Below, piece after piece: positions 1-10,053 of a DNA stretch of 64,000 bases (position 1 is its first letter; every line of letters starts with the position of its first letter). The notes under the pieces were generated by a model, which was given only the letters and a program-made list of their open reading frames with translations, was not told the origin of the DNA and ran no database searches. The DNA lies in the IMG/VR virus record IMGVR_UViG_2767802067_000002, positions 1 to 64,000 of that record; one strand, 5' to 3'. A program made the position numbers and the translations under genes. This DNA comes from a virus. Taxonomy: Duplodnaviria; Caudoviricetes.

Positions 1-128
1 GTTCATTCCTTCCGGATGGGTGGGCGGTGCGTGGCGGTCCGGCGGTGCGACCGCCGCGGCTGGCGGCCCGCCAGTCCGCCGCAGTGTCAGCGGCGCCTGG
101 CGGGAGTTCGAGTGCGAGGCGGGGACGG

Positions 129-707
129 TCAGGTCGTCCGCTTCGCCACGTAGTGGAGGGTCTGCCGGCCCGCGGCCAGGTGCTTGAGCGCGGCCTTGGC
201 CGCCTTGCCGACCTCGGCCCAAGTGGTCGTGTAGCCGGGGCGGTTGGCGAAGGGGACGATGCTGCACAGGGCGCGCATCAGGGAGAGGACGGCGGGCTGG
301 AAGCTCAGCTCCATGTCCTCCTTCGGGGCCAGCTCTTCCAGGTCGAGGAGAGTGGAGTTCAGCCGGTGGTGGATCAGCTCGCCGTACAGGAGGTTCGCGT
401 CGGCGTTCGTGCCGGGCGACGTCTGGGTGACCGGGGTCCAGAACGGGGTGCGACCGCGAGCCCAGGACGCCCCGGAGACCAGGGCGTGGATCGTGCCCAT
501 GCGGGCCTCGTCCACGTCCACGCGGTCAAGGTCGAACAGCGCGATCAGTTCGACCCAGGTTCGGAGCATGCCGAGCAGCCGGGCCCTGCTGAACGTCATG
601 CCGTCCGGGAGGGTGTAGCCGAGCAGCTCCAGCGCGGTGCGTAGCCCCTCGGCGTCGACGATCGGCGGCCGGTCCACCGGGCCGCGTCCGCGCGGGTCTT
701 CGGGCAT
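129..707 (-). CDS. Hypothetical protein
   Basis: Protein-like composition; GGAGGAGAG RBS upstream. Confidence 0.7.
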   Translation of the reverse strand: MPEDPRGRGPVDRPPIVDAEGLRTALELLGYTLPDGMTFSRARLLGMLRTWVELIALFDLDRVDVDEARMGTIHALVSGASWARGRTPFWTPVTQTSPGTNADANLLYGELIHHRLNSTLLDLEELAPKEDMELSFQPAVLSLMRALCSIVPFANRPGYTTTWAEVGKAAKAALKHLAAGRQTLHYVAKRTT

Positions 708-826
708 CGTTCTCTCTCCTCCTCCGGCCGGGCCGCCGTGGCCCGGGCCGGACGTGCTGGATCGTCAGTCGGTGCTGGTGCCCGGACGCGGCTTCGCGCG
801 GCGGGCGGGGGTGTGCGTGCGGGGGG

Positions 827-1096
827 TCAGAAGAGTCCCCAGCGCCTGGGCTTCTGCGGCTCGACCGGGCCGCCGCTGCCGCCTTCGCGGACGCTGCCCA
901 TCTCGACCTTCGCGCCGGCCTTCCTCTCCAGGGCCCGCTGTCCCTTCTGCCGGGCCTCCTCCGGGCTCGACGCTCGGACGAGGCCGGCGATGGGCTTGGC
1001 AGGCTTGTTGAGGCTGCGGACGAGGCCGGTGACGGAGAAAGTGCGCTCCTCGCCCTGGCCTTGGTCCTTGGGCTCCTCGGCCTTCTTCCGGCCCAC
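827..1096 (-). CDS. Small hypothetical protein
   Basis: GTG start overlaps the stop of the upstream Nudix gene; Lys/Glu-rich, ends RRWGLF. Confidence 0.6.
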   Translation of the reverse strand: MGRKKAEEPKDQGQGEERTFSVTGLVRSLNKPAKPIAGLVRASSPEEARQKGQRALERKAGAKVEMGSVREGGSGGPVEPQKPRRWGLF

Positions 1097-1620
1097 TACG
1101 CCACGACCCCCGGGAGCGGCTTGCTGTCGCGCAGCTCGACCGGCGTACCGGTGTTCCACGCCGCCAGGACGTGGGTGAAGCGGGCGAGGGAGTTGCCGGT
1201 GAGCAGCCCGCGCGCCTCCTCCTCGGTCGCCCACTGCATCCGGTCGTACCCGGAGGTCGGGGCGAGCTGGGGCACGGCGTCCGCCGGGACCGAGACGCCG
1301 TACAACCAGTTGTGCCGCTCCACCTGGCCCTGTCCGGGCCGCGCGGTGGTGTGGTCGGTGCCGAGGAGACGCAGGCCGGCCGAGGCGGTGATGCCGACCT
1401 TCTGCGCCAGGTGCGCGGTGACGGCGTCGCGCGGAGCCTGCCCCTCCTCCACGCTCCCGCCAGGGATGCCCATTGGGTCACCGGCCTTCCGCGCCCGGTT
1501 GATGAGGAGATAGCGGGCGGCGCCGTCCGGGCCGGTCTGCACGACGAGGGCGTTGGTGCCGAGTCCGACGGGCCGTCCGGCCCGCCATGCGGCGCGGCCG
1601 CTGTCGATGGTTGTGGTCAT
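1096..1620 (-). CDS. Nudix-fold protein with degenerate Nudix box
   Basis: YLLI...GIPGGSVEEGQAPRDAVTAHLAQKVG: GX5E present, REUXEE absent. Confidence 0.75.
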   Translation of the reverse strand: MTTTIDSGRAAWRAGRPVGLGTNALVVQTGPDGAARYLLINRARKAGDPMGIPGGSVEEGQAPRDAVTAHLAQKVGITASAGLRLLGTDHTTARPGQGQVERHNWLYGVSVPADAVPQLAPTSGYDRMQWATEEEARGLLTGNSLARFTHVLAAWNTGTPVELRDSKPLPGVVA

Positions 1621-1726
1621 GGTCCCCTCCTTCGTCCCGGCGTCCGTCGCCGGGCTTGCTCCGCCGCCGGTGGCAGCGGAAGTCTGTGGGTGGCGGATGG
1701 TCAGGCCGCGGTGGCCGGTAGCGGGT

Positions 1727-1951
1727 TCACGGCTTGATGTCGGTGACGTTGACCTGGAAGCCGGGCGGCCAGCGCCGCACCCACACCTCGACCATCCGGC
1801 TGCCCCGAACGCGGACGTGGAGGAGGCGGCCGCGGCGCTCGGCCTCCGGCCGCTCCGGGGCGGGGTTCAGCGGCCGTCCGCGGGTGAAGGAGAACCCGGT
1901 GACGAGGTAGTACAGGCAGACGGCGAACAGGACGAGGTTGCTGACGTACAC
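1727..1951 (-). CDS. Small membrane protein
   Basis: N-terminal hydrophobic helix LVLFAVCLYYLVTGF. Confidence 0.5.
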   Translation of the reverse strand: MYVSNLVLFAVCLYYLVTGFSFTRGRPLNPAPERPEAERRGRLLHVRVRGSRMVEVWVRRWPPGFQVNVTDIKP

Positions 1952-2053
1952 GGCACTTCCGTTCGGTCGGTGTGGCGGTCGGCCCGCTGGCACCCGGTGT
2001 GCCTGCCGCCCCGGGCCGGGGGCGGTGCCGCTTCCGTGAGCTCTGCTGGCCGC

Positions 2054-2539
2054 TCACCACCTGGCATCCGCCGGGATGTAGGCGGCCGCGCGGTCCCGTG
2101 CCCGCTGCGCCTTCGTGATGGAGGCGCAGCGGCGGGCGACGGCGGGGCGGGCGGCGAGGTGGGAGGCGTAGGGGACGGCGGTGGCGCGGAAGCAGCCGGG
2201 ACGGTTATCGGCGGCCGCGACCAGGTGGTCGATCAGGTTGGTGGTGCACTTCCAGTCCCGGTCCTCCTCGTTCGGGTGGCCAACGGCGAAATGCGCGGTG
2301 ACGACGATTCCGGCGGTGAGGAGGCGGCGGGTGACGGAGGCGACGGTCGCCCGATCGAACGCCTTGCCCATGGCGTGCAGGACGACGTCGGAGCCGGAGC
2401 CGACGCCGAGGGACACCTCACGCACGCCCCGGTGCGCGATGGCCGCGAGGTAACTGTCGGGGATGCGGTCGTACAGGGGCACCATCTGGTCTTCGCGCCA
2501 GAGCAGGAGGGCGGGGTCGACAGGAGCGATGTCGAGCAT
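2054..2539 (-). CDS. Truncated or degenerate radical-SAM-like protein (C-terminal barrel half)
   Basis: SLGVGSGSDVVLHAMGK...GIVVTAHFAVGHPNE resembles GxESGSxxVLxxMxK...FIxGxPxE; no CxxxCxxC; start uncertain. Confidence 0.55.
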   Translation of the reverse strand: MLDIAPVDPALLLWREDQMVPLYDRIPDSYLAAIAHRGVREVSLGVGSGSDVVLHAMGKAFDRATVASVTRRLLTAGIVVTAHFAVGHPNEEDRDWKCTTNLIDHLVAAADNRPGCFRATAVPYASHLAARPAVARRCASITKAQRARDRAAAYIPADARW

Positions 2540-3063
2540 CTTGCTGTCGGTGGTGCGCACTTCCCACTCCACTTCACACCGGGTCGGCGCTGCCGACCTC
2601 CTCGGCTGGGACTGTTCGTCCTGCCCGGCCTGTCCCTGGCGGAGGGTCAGGCCGCGGCTGCCCCCGGTGGCCGGACGGCCCGGCCACCGGGTTCGTCCCG
2701 GGGCCCCTCCCCGCGCCCCGCCGTGGACGGGGAGGGAACCCGGGGTGCCGCGCGTACCCGCAGCCACTCGCGGAACGGGGTGCGGCGCGGCGGCCCGCCG
2801 CCGCTCCTGCCCGCGGCTCCCCGGGACGAGCGGGGAGTGGTGCGCGTCCCGGCAGCGGGGACCGGGGCAGGAGTGTCAGCCGGCCTTCCCCCGCCCAGCA
2901 GCAGGGCGGGGAGTTCACGGCGGGAGCTGCCCCGTAGATGGAGGAGACCGAGGCAGCTCCCGCTCCCCGGGCGAAGACCGGGCCCGGGGTATGCACCGCG
3001 GCGGAAGCCGCGGGGTAGTGCTCCCCGTCCGGGGCGTGCTGTTCGCGCCCCGGACGGGGAAGT

Positions 3064-3432
3064 TCAGTGGTGGCCGTGCCCTCGCGGGCGGCGGCCGTGG
3101 CCGTGGCCCGCCTGCTGCTGCAGCTGGGCGAAGATGCCGGTAACGAGGGCGAGCAGTTCGTCGGCCTGCGCGGCCAACTTCTCGCGCTCGTTCTTGTACG
3201 TCTCGGTCACCGCCCGGATCGACGCCTTCGCGCCTTCCAGCTCGGCCAGGAGCAGCCGGCCTGCCTCCAGCGCCTCCGGCTGGCCGTGCAGGAACGCGAC
3301 GGACGCTTCCAGGGCCGCATCCTCCGCCTCCACCTGCGCATCGACCTCCTGGCCGAAGTCCCTCTCCTCGCGGGAGAAGTAGGCGCGCAGGGTCGGGCTG
3401 TACGCCTTGCGGTACGCCCAGCGGCCCCTCAC
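3064..3432 (-). CDS. Hypothetical coiled-coil protein
   Basis: Helical composition, His-rich tail; start uncertain. Confidence 0.5.
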   Translation of the reverse strand: MRGRWAYRKAYSPTLRAYFSREERDFGQEVDAQVEAEDAALEASVAFLHGQPEALEAGRLLLAELEGAKASIRAVTETYKNEREKLAAQADELLALVTGIFAQLQQQAGHGHGRRPRGHGHH

Positions 3433-3807
3433 GCTGCCACCACCGGCGGCACGGGCAGGCCGTCAGCGAGTTCACCAGGGCCCGCGTCGCGGGCGAGCTG
3501 GCTCACACGGTCCAGCGCCGCGGCGCCGGCCGGGGAGTCGAGCCGGATCGGCTCGTCAGGGGTGGGCTGCACGACGTCCTCCGAAGCAGGTTGGGACTCC
3601 CCGGTCCGTGTCGTCGGTCAGATCGGGGAGGAGCTGGGCAGAGACCCCGCCGGCGGGAGGCGTCACCGCCCGCGGGGTCTCCGTGGCGGCCTCCCTCACC
3701 CGACCCATGAGGACGGGAGGCCCGGCGCGCCTCGGCAGCGCGCCGATCGTCCGCCGGGCGGGACCGGCGGACACCCGGGGGGCACGAGTCCCCGGGGGCT
3801 GTGGTGC

Positions 3808-4368
3808 CTACGCGACCGCCCGGCTGGGCCGGACCGCGCATAAGCGGGAGGTGCTGGCCACCGCGGCGATGACGGCCGCACGCCGTACGGCCTGCGACGT
3901 GATCGACGCCAGGTTCAGCGGCGGCACCGGCTGCTGGAGGGCCAGCACCGCCCACACCTTCTTCCCGTGCGGGGTCAGGTCGGCCTGCCACTTCTCGGCG
4001 AGCCCGGCGACCAGAAGCATGCCTCGGCCGGACTCGGCACCGTCGTTGCCGACCGCGTCCGCCGGAAGGTACGGCTTCGCCCTGCTGCCGTCGTGGACGG
4101 CCACCACCAGGCGGTCGCCCCCGGGGAACAGGAACAGGCTCACCAGATGCCGGCCGGGCGGGCTGTGCCGGAGCGCGTTCGCCACCAGCTCGTGCGCGAT
4201 CCACATCATGTCGCCGCGGTCGGCGCGCCCGATGCCCCAGTCCTTGAGCGTGTTGTCCAGCTTCTCCCGCACCGGGCCGACGACGCCGAGACGTACCTCA
4301 AGGTCGGGGTCCGTCGCGTCGATCGCCAGGCGGTAGACCCGGCCGAGACGCCCCCTCCGCCCGCTCAC
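3808..4368 (-). CDS. HATPase_c ATP-binding protein (RsbW/anti-sigma-like)
   Basis: ELVANALRH, VHDG, ESGRGMLLV and GKKVWA motifs. Confidence 0.9.
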   Translation of the reverse strand: MSGRRGRLGRVYRLAIDATDPDLEVRLGVVGPVREKLDNTLKDWGIGRADRGDMMWIAHELVANALRHSPPGRHLVSLFLFPGGDRLVVAVHDGSRAKPYLPADAVGNDGAESGRGMLLVAGLAEKWQADLTPHGKKVWAVLALQQPVPPLNLASITSQAVRRAAVIAAVASTSRLCAVRPSRAVA

Positions 4369-4772
4369 CGCTGCGCCCCGGCGTCGACCCGCTCCAGCGC
4401 GGGGGGAGCCGCAGGGGCGGGCGGGAGCTTCCGCACCCCGTCCGAGGGCGGGATCGGCGGCACGGGGGTCCGATGGGTAATCAGAACGGCCCTGTGCGCG
4501 GCGACTTCACCCGCGAAGTCGTCCCAGCCCTTGCGGCAGATGGAGAGCATCGTGCGGTCGAGGGTCACGACCATCACGACGTCGCCGCCAGCCACGAGCG
4601 CCATCACGCGCTGCCAGCCGGGGCGCTCGGCCGCCGGGAGGAGTTCGTCGGTGTCGACGATGTTCTCGGACACCGGGATGTTCTCGGAGGTGGCGCGCTG
4701 CTCGCACCATCCCGTGAGGAGGTCCAGGCTGAGGGTGTCGCTGGTGCAGAGGTAGGTGACGGCGGTGCGCAT
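4365..4772 (-). CDS. Degenerate serine-recombinase (resolvase) catalytic-domain-like protein
   Basis: YLCTS (vs YxRVS), ERPGW, GDVVMVVTLDR; no DNA-binding domain. Confidence 0.6.
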   Translation of the reverse strand: MRTAVTYLCTSDTLSLDLLTGWCEQRATSENIPVSENIVDTDELLPAAERPGWQRVMALVAGGDVVMVVTLDRTMLSICRKGWDDFAGEVAAHRAVLITHRTPVPPIPPSDGVRKLPPAPAAPPALERVDAGAQR

Positions 4773-5042
4773 GGGGAGGCTCCTGTGTGGACGACACAGT
4801 CGGTCGCCGTGCCCGGTCCCTACAGGGGTGTGGGGCCGTGCTCGGCAGCTCGGAGGGGAGCGTGGTGCGCCACTGGGAATCCGGGGCCCGCGGTGAAGCT
4901 CGTGCGGGTGCCCGCCTGGTCTGACAGCCGGTCACGTCGGGGGACGCTCGGCGGTCAGGGGCGCTGACTCTTCCGCGAGGGGGGAGAGCCCCGGGCGCTC
5001 GACGAAGGGGTGCGCCCGGGGCCCTGCTACGTGCGGGGCTGA

Positions 5043-5147
5043 CTACTCGTCGCCGCCGGCCGAGCTACCGGCGCTGTCGTTGTTGCCGCCCTCGCCGCCG
5101 TCGGTCTGGTGGTCGTTGTTCCCGCTGCCGTGCTTGTTGTTGCTCAT
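5043..5147 (-). CDS. 34-aa Gly/Asn/Asp-rich peptide
   Basis: AGGAGG RBS before ATG; MSNNKHGSGNND...GGDE. Confidence 0.5.
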   Translation of the reverse strand: MSNNKHGSGNNDHQTDGGEGGNNDSAGSSAGGDE

Positions 5148-5446
5148 GGGCCTGTACCTCCTGGTGGGCCGCCGAGGCGGCGTCAGTGTGGAAACGCCCC
5201 CAGGAACCGTGAGGCCCCCGGGCGGGGCGCAGGACCGTACCACCGCGCCGTTGCGGGGGTGCGGAGCGACCGGTGTGCGATGTTCCTCGTGCTGCTCACC
5301 GGCTGCTGACATTCAGTGAACTGGTAGTCACGCAACCGGGGATAGGACATTCTGGGGGCGCTGTCCTCACGCCCCTAGGACATTTCCGAGCGGGGGGACG
5401 GCACGAGGATGGCGAGGGGGTCGCCTTCCCGGACTGAGGAGCGCCC

Positions 5447-6751
5447 ATGGCAGAGGTCCGCCCGAACGACGTGCTCAGAGGGTTGATGGACAGCGCCAAG
5501 CTGTCCGCGGAGGACGTGGCGAAGGCGGTCAACGCCGCAGAGGAGAGGCTGTTCGAGAAGCCGGGGAACACCACCGGCCGACAGGTCCGCCGCTGGCTGT
5601 CCGGGGAGACGGCGCAGCCGCGCGTCCCCTCCCTCGTCGGCCTGATGGACGTGTTCAACCTGTCCGGCGACGCCTTGGGCTTCACGCTTTCGGGTAAAAG
5701 ACTGCGTGATCTTGCGGCGTTCCAGCCGACCTCTACGCTGCTTGTGGACACCCCCGACCAGGAGGAGGACCACGTGCGCCGACGCTCCTTCATGCTCGCC
5801 GCAACCGGCAACCTGATCAGCTTCGCATTCGCCCCGCTACCGAGCGGCGGCCGGATAGGAGCAAGCGACGTCGAGAGAATCCGCGAGACCATCACCAAGC
5901 TGCACGCCGTGGACGACCTCTACGGCGGCGACCAGCTGGCCGACATCGCGGAGGAGTTCGTCCGGCAGATCGAGGGCGCGATGGCCCGGTGCCTCTACGG
6001 GCCGAACGTCGAGAAAGCGCTGTACCGCGTCATCGGCGAGCTGCACGCCAGCGCCGGGTGGTTCGCGTTCGACAGCGGCGACCAGGAGCGCGCAAGCCGC
6101 AACTTCGACAGCGGGCTCCGCGCCGGCCTCCTCTCCGGCGACAAGCACCTCCAGGCCCGCATCTGGGCGTACATGTCCCGCCAGTCCTGGGCCCTCGGCC
6201 GGGCGACCGAGACCATCACCATCGCCCGCCTGGCGCTCGACGCGACCCGCAACAGCCGCGACCACCGGCTGACCGCCCTCCTGCACGGCCGCCTCGCCCT
6301 CGGCTACGCCGCCTCCGGGCAGAAGGCACAGACCGGCAACGCCCTGGCGAAGGCCGAGACCGTCCTCGACCGAGTCGGCCCCGACCCGGTCCACCCGTGG
6401 CTCGCCTTCGTCGGCGCCGGAGAGGTCCTGTCGGCCGGGGCGCTGGCGTACATGAGCCTCCGCCAGCCCGACAAGGCCGCGCGCCAGGAAGAGCAGGCGA
6501 TGGCGCTGCGCCCCCCGGGGTTCCGGCGGAACCAGTTCGCGACGAGTGTCCACCTCGCGCAGTGCTACATCGCCGACGGCCAGGTCGAGCGCGGGATCAG
6601 CATGGCCGGTGAAGCGCTCGACCTCTACCCGACCGTCAACTGCCCCCGCTGGGCGGTCCACCTCGGCACGGTCCGGGACAAGCTGTCCGGGATGGATCTT
6701 CCCGAGGGGACCGCCTTCGTGGAACGCTACGACACCGTCACCGCCGCATAG
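5447..6751 (+). CDS. XRE-type HTH plus TPR-like transcriptional regulator
   Basis: N-terminal HTH (VRRWLSGET), RRRSF linker, AGWFAFDSG motif typical of Streptomyces regulators. Confidence 0.85.
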   Translation: MAEVRPNDVLRGLMDSAKLSAEDVAKAVNAAEERLFEKPGNTTGRQVRRWLSGETAQPRVPSLVGLMDVFNLSGDALGFTLSGKRLRDLAAFQPTSTLLVDTPDQEEDHVRRRSFMLAATGNLISFAFAPLPSGGRIGASDVERIRETITKLHAVDDLYGGDQLADIAEEFVRQIEGAMARCLYGPNVEKALYRVIGELHASAGWFAFDSGDQERASRNFDSGLRAGLLSGDKHLQARIWAYMSRQSWALGRATETITIARLALDATRNSRDHRLTALLHGRLALGYAASGQKAQTGNALAKAETVLDRVGPDPVHPWLAFVGAGEVLSAGALAYMSLRQPDKAARQEEQAMALRPPGFRRNQFATSVHLAQCYIADGQVERGISMAGEALDLYPTVNCPRWAVHLGTVRDKLSGMDLPEGTAFVERYDTVTAA

Positions 6752-6766
6752 GACAGGAGCAGCAAC

Positions 6767-7318
6767 GTGGCCGCCCCCGGACCGACCCTGACCGTCACCT
6801 ACTACACCGCCGAGGACCTGCCCGAGATCGAGCCGGTACTGCTCGACCTCTACGACCGGATCTACGCCGAGGAGAAGGCCGGGGACGAGTTCTTCACCAT
6901 GGAGGCGTTCACCGGCCGCCTCCGCCGCCAGACCGCCAGTCCGCGCTGGGGCTGCACCCTCGGAGAGGTCGACGGCCGGCCGATCGGCTACGCCTACGGA
7001 TTCGCCCGCACCGCCGACTACCAGTGGGGCGGCCTGATCGAGACGGAGCCCGGCGCCGACCTCACGGAGACCGACAGCAGGACGTTCGCGTTCTGCGAGA
7101 TCATGGTCCTCCCTGAGTTCAGGGGGACCGGCATCGCCCACACCCTGCACGAGGAGCTGCTGTCGCACCGCCCCGAGGAGCGAGTGCACCTCCTGGTCGA
7201 GGAGGAGCACCCCCGGGTGCGGGCCCTCTACGAGCGGTGGGGCTACGTGAAGATGGGGATCATCCAGCACCCCGGCTCGCCCCGCTACGTCTCCATGTTC
7301 CGGCCCATCACCCTCTGA
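6767..7318 (+). CDS. GNAT N-acetyltransferase
   Basis: EIMVLPEFRGTGIA acetyl-CoA motif; ALYERWGY. Confidence 0.9.
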   Translation: MAAPGPTLTVTYYTAEDLPEIEPVLLDLYDRIYAEEKAGDEFFTMEAFTGRLRRQTASPRWGCTLGEVDGRPIGYAYGFARTADYQWGGLIETEPGADLTETDSRTFAFCEIMVLPEFRGTGIAHTLHEELLSHRPEERVHLLVEEEHPRVRALYERWGYVKMGIIQHPGSPRYVSMFRPITL

Positions 7319-7351
7319 GCCGGCGGACAGCGCCCGCCGGCTCACCACCCG

Positions 7352-7624
7352 TCAGGACAGGACGAAGGAACTCGGGCGCGGCGGGGTCGACAGCACCCGG
7401 GCGAACTCGGTGAAGGCCGCGACGACCGGCATCCGGGCCCAGAACTCCGCGCACACCCGGCAGGAGATCCGCACGCCCTCGCCCCGGCTGCACACCCGGT
7501 GCTCACCCTCCACCGCGTGCTCCCGCTCCGGGTGCTGGCACATCGGGCACGGCCGCAGCCGGGCCACACGCTCAATCTGGCGGCGGGCCCGGTCCAGCCG
7601 CGGGTACGGGCGCCGGTTCGCCAC
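7352..7624 (-). CDS. Small Cys/His zinc-binding-type protein
   Basis: CPMCQH...H...C...CRVC; start uncertain. Confidence 0.45.
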   Translation of the reverse strand: MANRRPYPRLDRARRQIERVARLRPCPMCQHPEREHAVEGEHRVCSRGEGVRISCRVCAEFWARMPVVAAFTEFARVLSTPPRPSSFVLS

Positions 7625-7635
7625 GGTGTACGGCC

Positions 7636-8088
7636 TCACAGCGCACCCCCGACATGGCGGTGCCCTGCCGATGGGGGGGAGACCGGCAGGGCACCGCGGT
7701 GCCCAGCCGATGGGGGGTTGACCGGCTGGGGTGACAACGAGTCTGCCCCCGAAGCGTGATCGTTGTGCACGGTTCGCCGATGCTCCTCCAGAGCGGCCGC
7801 CACGCGCTCCCTGCGGGCCGCCTCGCGCCGGTTGGCGGACGCCGTGAGGGACTGGCTGATCTCCTCCGGGCTGTACGCCGCCAGCGCCTCGCCGAGCGTC
7901 TGTCCCTCGGCCGCGCCGGGGCGGGCGGGGAGCTCGATCCGGCCGGGCTCCAGGCCCGGCCACTCGTCGTGGTGCCAGCCGCACCGCTCGGGGCAGGACC
8001 AGCGCACGCACCCGGCCTTGGCGTGGCCGAGCGGGTACGGGAACTCCGGCTGCGGCAGGCAGGGCGCGTCGCCCCCGAGGATGCTCAC
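7636..8088 (-). CDS. Hypothetical protein
   Basis: GTGA overlap with upstream gene; CPERCGWHH. Confidence 0.5.
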   Translation of the reverse strand: MSILGGDAPCLPQPEFPYPLGHAKAGCVRWSCPERCGWHHDEWPGLEPGRIELPARPGAAEGQTLGEALAAYSPEEISQSLTASANRREAARRERVAAALEEHRRTVHNDHASGADSLSPQPVNPPSAGHRGALPVSPPSAGHRHVGGAL

Positions 8089-8456
8089 GCCTCGCCCCCT
8101 GCGGCGCCGCGGGTCTCCGGCTCCTCGGCGGCCTGGTCCACGAGGCCGACCGCGCGCACCGCGTCCACCGCCGGGCGCAGCTTCTCCGCGAGGACCTGGA
8201 GGCGGCGCACCGCCTCCTCGAGGACGTCGTCCTCCGGCCCGCCCCACCGGCCGGTCGCCAGCTCGACCAGCTCCACGTCCGGCAGCGACCGCAGCCACTC
8301 CGCACGCTGCCCCGGCTCTCGCCGCGCCGCGTCGAACTGCCGGACCGCCCCAGCAAGACGCTGCGTGCCGGCATCGGTCAAGTCCAGCCTGATCCGCCCG
8401 GTGTGGTCGTGGACCACCCCTTCGTAGTCCTCGGGACCCAGGTGCAGAGACGTCAT
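8085..8456 (-). CDS. Hypothetical protein
   Basis: GAGGAGG RBS; protein-like composition. Confidence 0.65.
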   Translation of the reverse strand: MTSLHLGPEDYEGVVHDHTGRIRLDLTDAGTQRLAGAVRQFDAARREPGQRAEWLRSLPDVELVELATGRWGGPEDDVLEEAVRRLQVLAEKLRPAVDAVRAVGLVDQAAEEPETRGAAGGEA

Positions 8457-8722
8457 CGGTAGATCCTCCTCGCGGTTACGGCCGGACAGGATGGCACAAA
8501 CCGCCCGACCGCCGCCGACGAAGGACCGGCGCGGGCCGCCGCGTATTCGCCGGTGACTCGGTCATGTTCGTCCTGCCGGGACGGGCGGCCACCGAAGTGA
8601 CCTGGTCGCGCTGACGGCTGTCACCGGCTGCACCCCGCGCTCAATCGAACAGTGAATTGAGTGCAGAGAGTCATGGCATGATCACTTGCCGTTGTGCAAA
8701 ACCCTTCAACTGGAGAGATCTC

Positions 8723-9598
8723 ATGCGTGCACTGAAGAGGCTCAGGTCCGCCGCCACGGCGGCGGTCGCGGCCGGGATGCTGCTCGTGGTGGCCGGCCCC
8801 GGGCAGGCCGCGCACGCGGACGGCCCGCAGGCCCCCGGCGCCCCGCTCTACGGACTCCAGGTCGTGAAGCAGACCGGCAAGGTCGACAACTTCGAGCGGC
8901 AGATGGTGTTCTGCCCGCCCGGCACCGTCGCCATCGGCGGCGGCGGGGAGGCGTCGATCGGCTGGAACCCGGGCAGCGACACCCTGTCCCTGGTCGGGAG
9001 CTTCCCCGTCATCGAGCGCGGCGATGCGACCGGCTGGACGGCGAACGCGCGCACCTACACCTCCGACCCCCTGACCGTCACGGTGTACGCGGTCTGCGCC
9101 GAGCGCCCGTCCGGATACGAGGTCCTCACGAAGGGCGAGACGCCCGTCCCCCGGGGCCAGACCAGCACCCTCACCTGCCCGGCAGGCAAGATCGTGACCG
9201 GCGGCGGCGGCGAGGTCATGGGCGGCTACACCGGGCTGAGCAAGTCCTACCCCGCCCCGGTCACCACGGGCCTGCCGAACCAGTGGGCCGTCGGCGGCTA
9301 CAACGACCAGACCATCACGGCCGACATGACCACCTACGCGCTCTGCGCCGCCCCGGTCCAGTACATGACCGTCGCGAGCCACACCACCACCTCTAACAAT
9401 CCCGTCGGCGGCCTCCTGGCCTGCCCGACCGGCAAGACCGTCATGGGCGGCGGAGCCTCGGCGAACGGCGACACCGCGGCCCTGACCTCGACCAGGCCCG
9501 CCCTCGCCCGCGAAGGGGCCGTCCGCGACGGCTGGTGGGCCCAGGCCAGCACCTTCTACGACCCCTCCAGCGCCGACCTGTACGTGATGTGCCGGTGA
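8723..9598 (+). CDS. Secreted protein with three CPxGxxxxGGG repeats (moron-like)
   Basis: Signal peptide ending AAHA; CPPGTVAIGGG, CPAGKIVTGGG, CPTGKTVMGGG. Confidence 0.8.
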   Translation: MRALKRLRSAATAAVAAGMLLVVAGPGQAAHADGPQAPGAPLYGLQVVKQTGKVDNFERQMVFCPPGTVAIGGGGEASIGWNPGSDTLSLVGSFPVIERGDATGWTANARTYTSDPLTVTVYAVCAERPSGYEVLTKGETPVPRGQTSTLTCPAGKIVTGGGGEVMGGYTGLSKSYPAPVTTGLPNQWAVGGYNDQTITADMTTYALCAAPVQYMTVASHTTTSNNPVGGLLACPTGKTVMGGGASANGDTAALTSTRPALAREGAVRDGWWAQASTFYDPSSADLYVMCR

Positions 9599-9625
9599 CC
9601 GTGGCGGACAGCCACGAACGAAAGG

Positions 9626-9660
9626 ACCGCCCGCCCCCGGAGCCATGGGGGCGGGCGGTC
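9626..9660. terminator. Hairpin between convergent genes
   Basis: GACCGCCCGCCCCC...GGGGGCGGGCGGTC inverted repeat. Confidence 0.65.
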
Positions 9661-9663
9661 CGC

Positions 9664-10050
9664 TCAGGGAGCCGACGGTGCCGGCGGCGGGTCGCAGTCG
9701 GCCTCGGCCGGGCAGAGCTGCGAGAGGCGGCGGTTTGCCAGGTCGACCGCGTCCCGCAGGCTGCTGCCGTGGTTCGGGTTCATCTGCTCCTCGACCCGGG
9801 CGACGCGGTTCTCGATCCCGGCCATCCGGTCCTCGATCCCGCCGACGCGCTCCATCACGCCGAGGCGGGCCGGGACGCCCGGCCGTTCGGGTTCGCCGTT
9901 CCAGTCGTCGATGAACTGCTCGATCTTCCCGCCGAGGCGCAGCGCCCCGCGTACGGCCTTCCACGCGAGGGCACCGACCGCCGCGGCGAGGGTGAGCGCC
10001 CCACCCCAGATCAGGAAGACATCCACCGCCGGAACTCCGGTGCTGTCCAC
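9664..10050 (-). CDS. Lysis-cassette membrane protein
   Basis: N-terminal TM helix, coiled coil, PNHGSSLRDAVD motif. Confidence 0.7.
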   Translation of the reverse strand: MDSTGVPAVDVFLIWGGALTLAAAVGALAWKAVRGALRLGGKIEQFIDDWNGEPERPGVPARLGVMERVGGIEDRMAGIENRVARVEEQMNPNHGSSLRDAVDLANRRLSQLCPAEADCDPPPAPSAP

Positions 10051-10053
10051 CGC

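Noticed and set aside
2580-3060. GC-rich intergenic stretch as a structured ncRNA
   Set aside because: Hairpins are expected at this GC content; no recognisable family or repeated motif
4365-4772. Functional integrase or resolvase
   Set aside because: Only 135 aa, catalytic arginines missing, no DNA-binding domain
7668-7727. Short direct repeat GCCGATGGGGGG...ACCGGC (two copies)
   Set aside because: Only two copies at an ORF tail; not enough evidence of function
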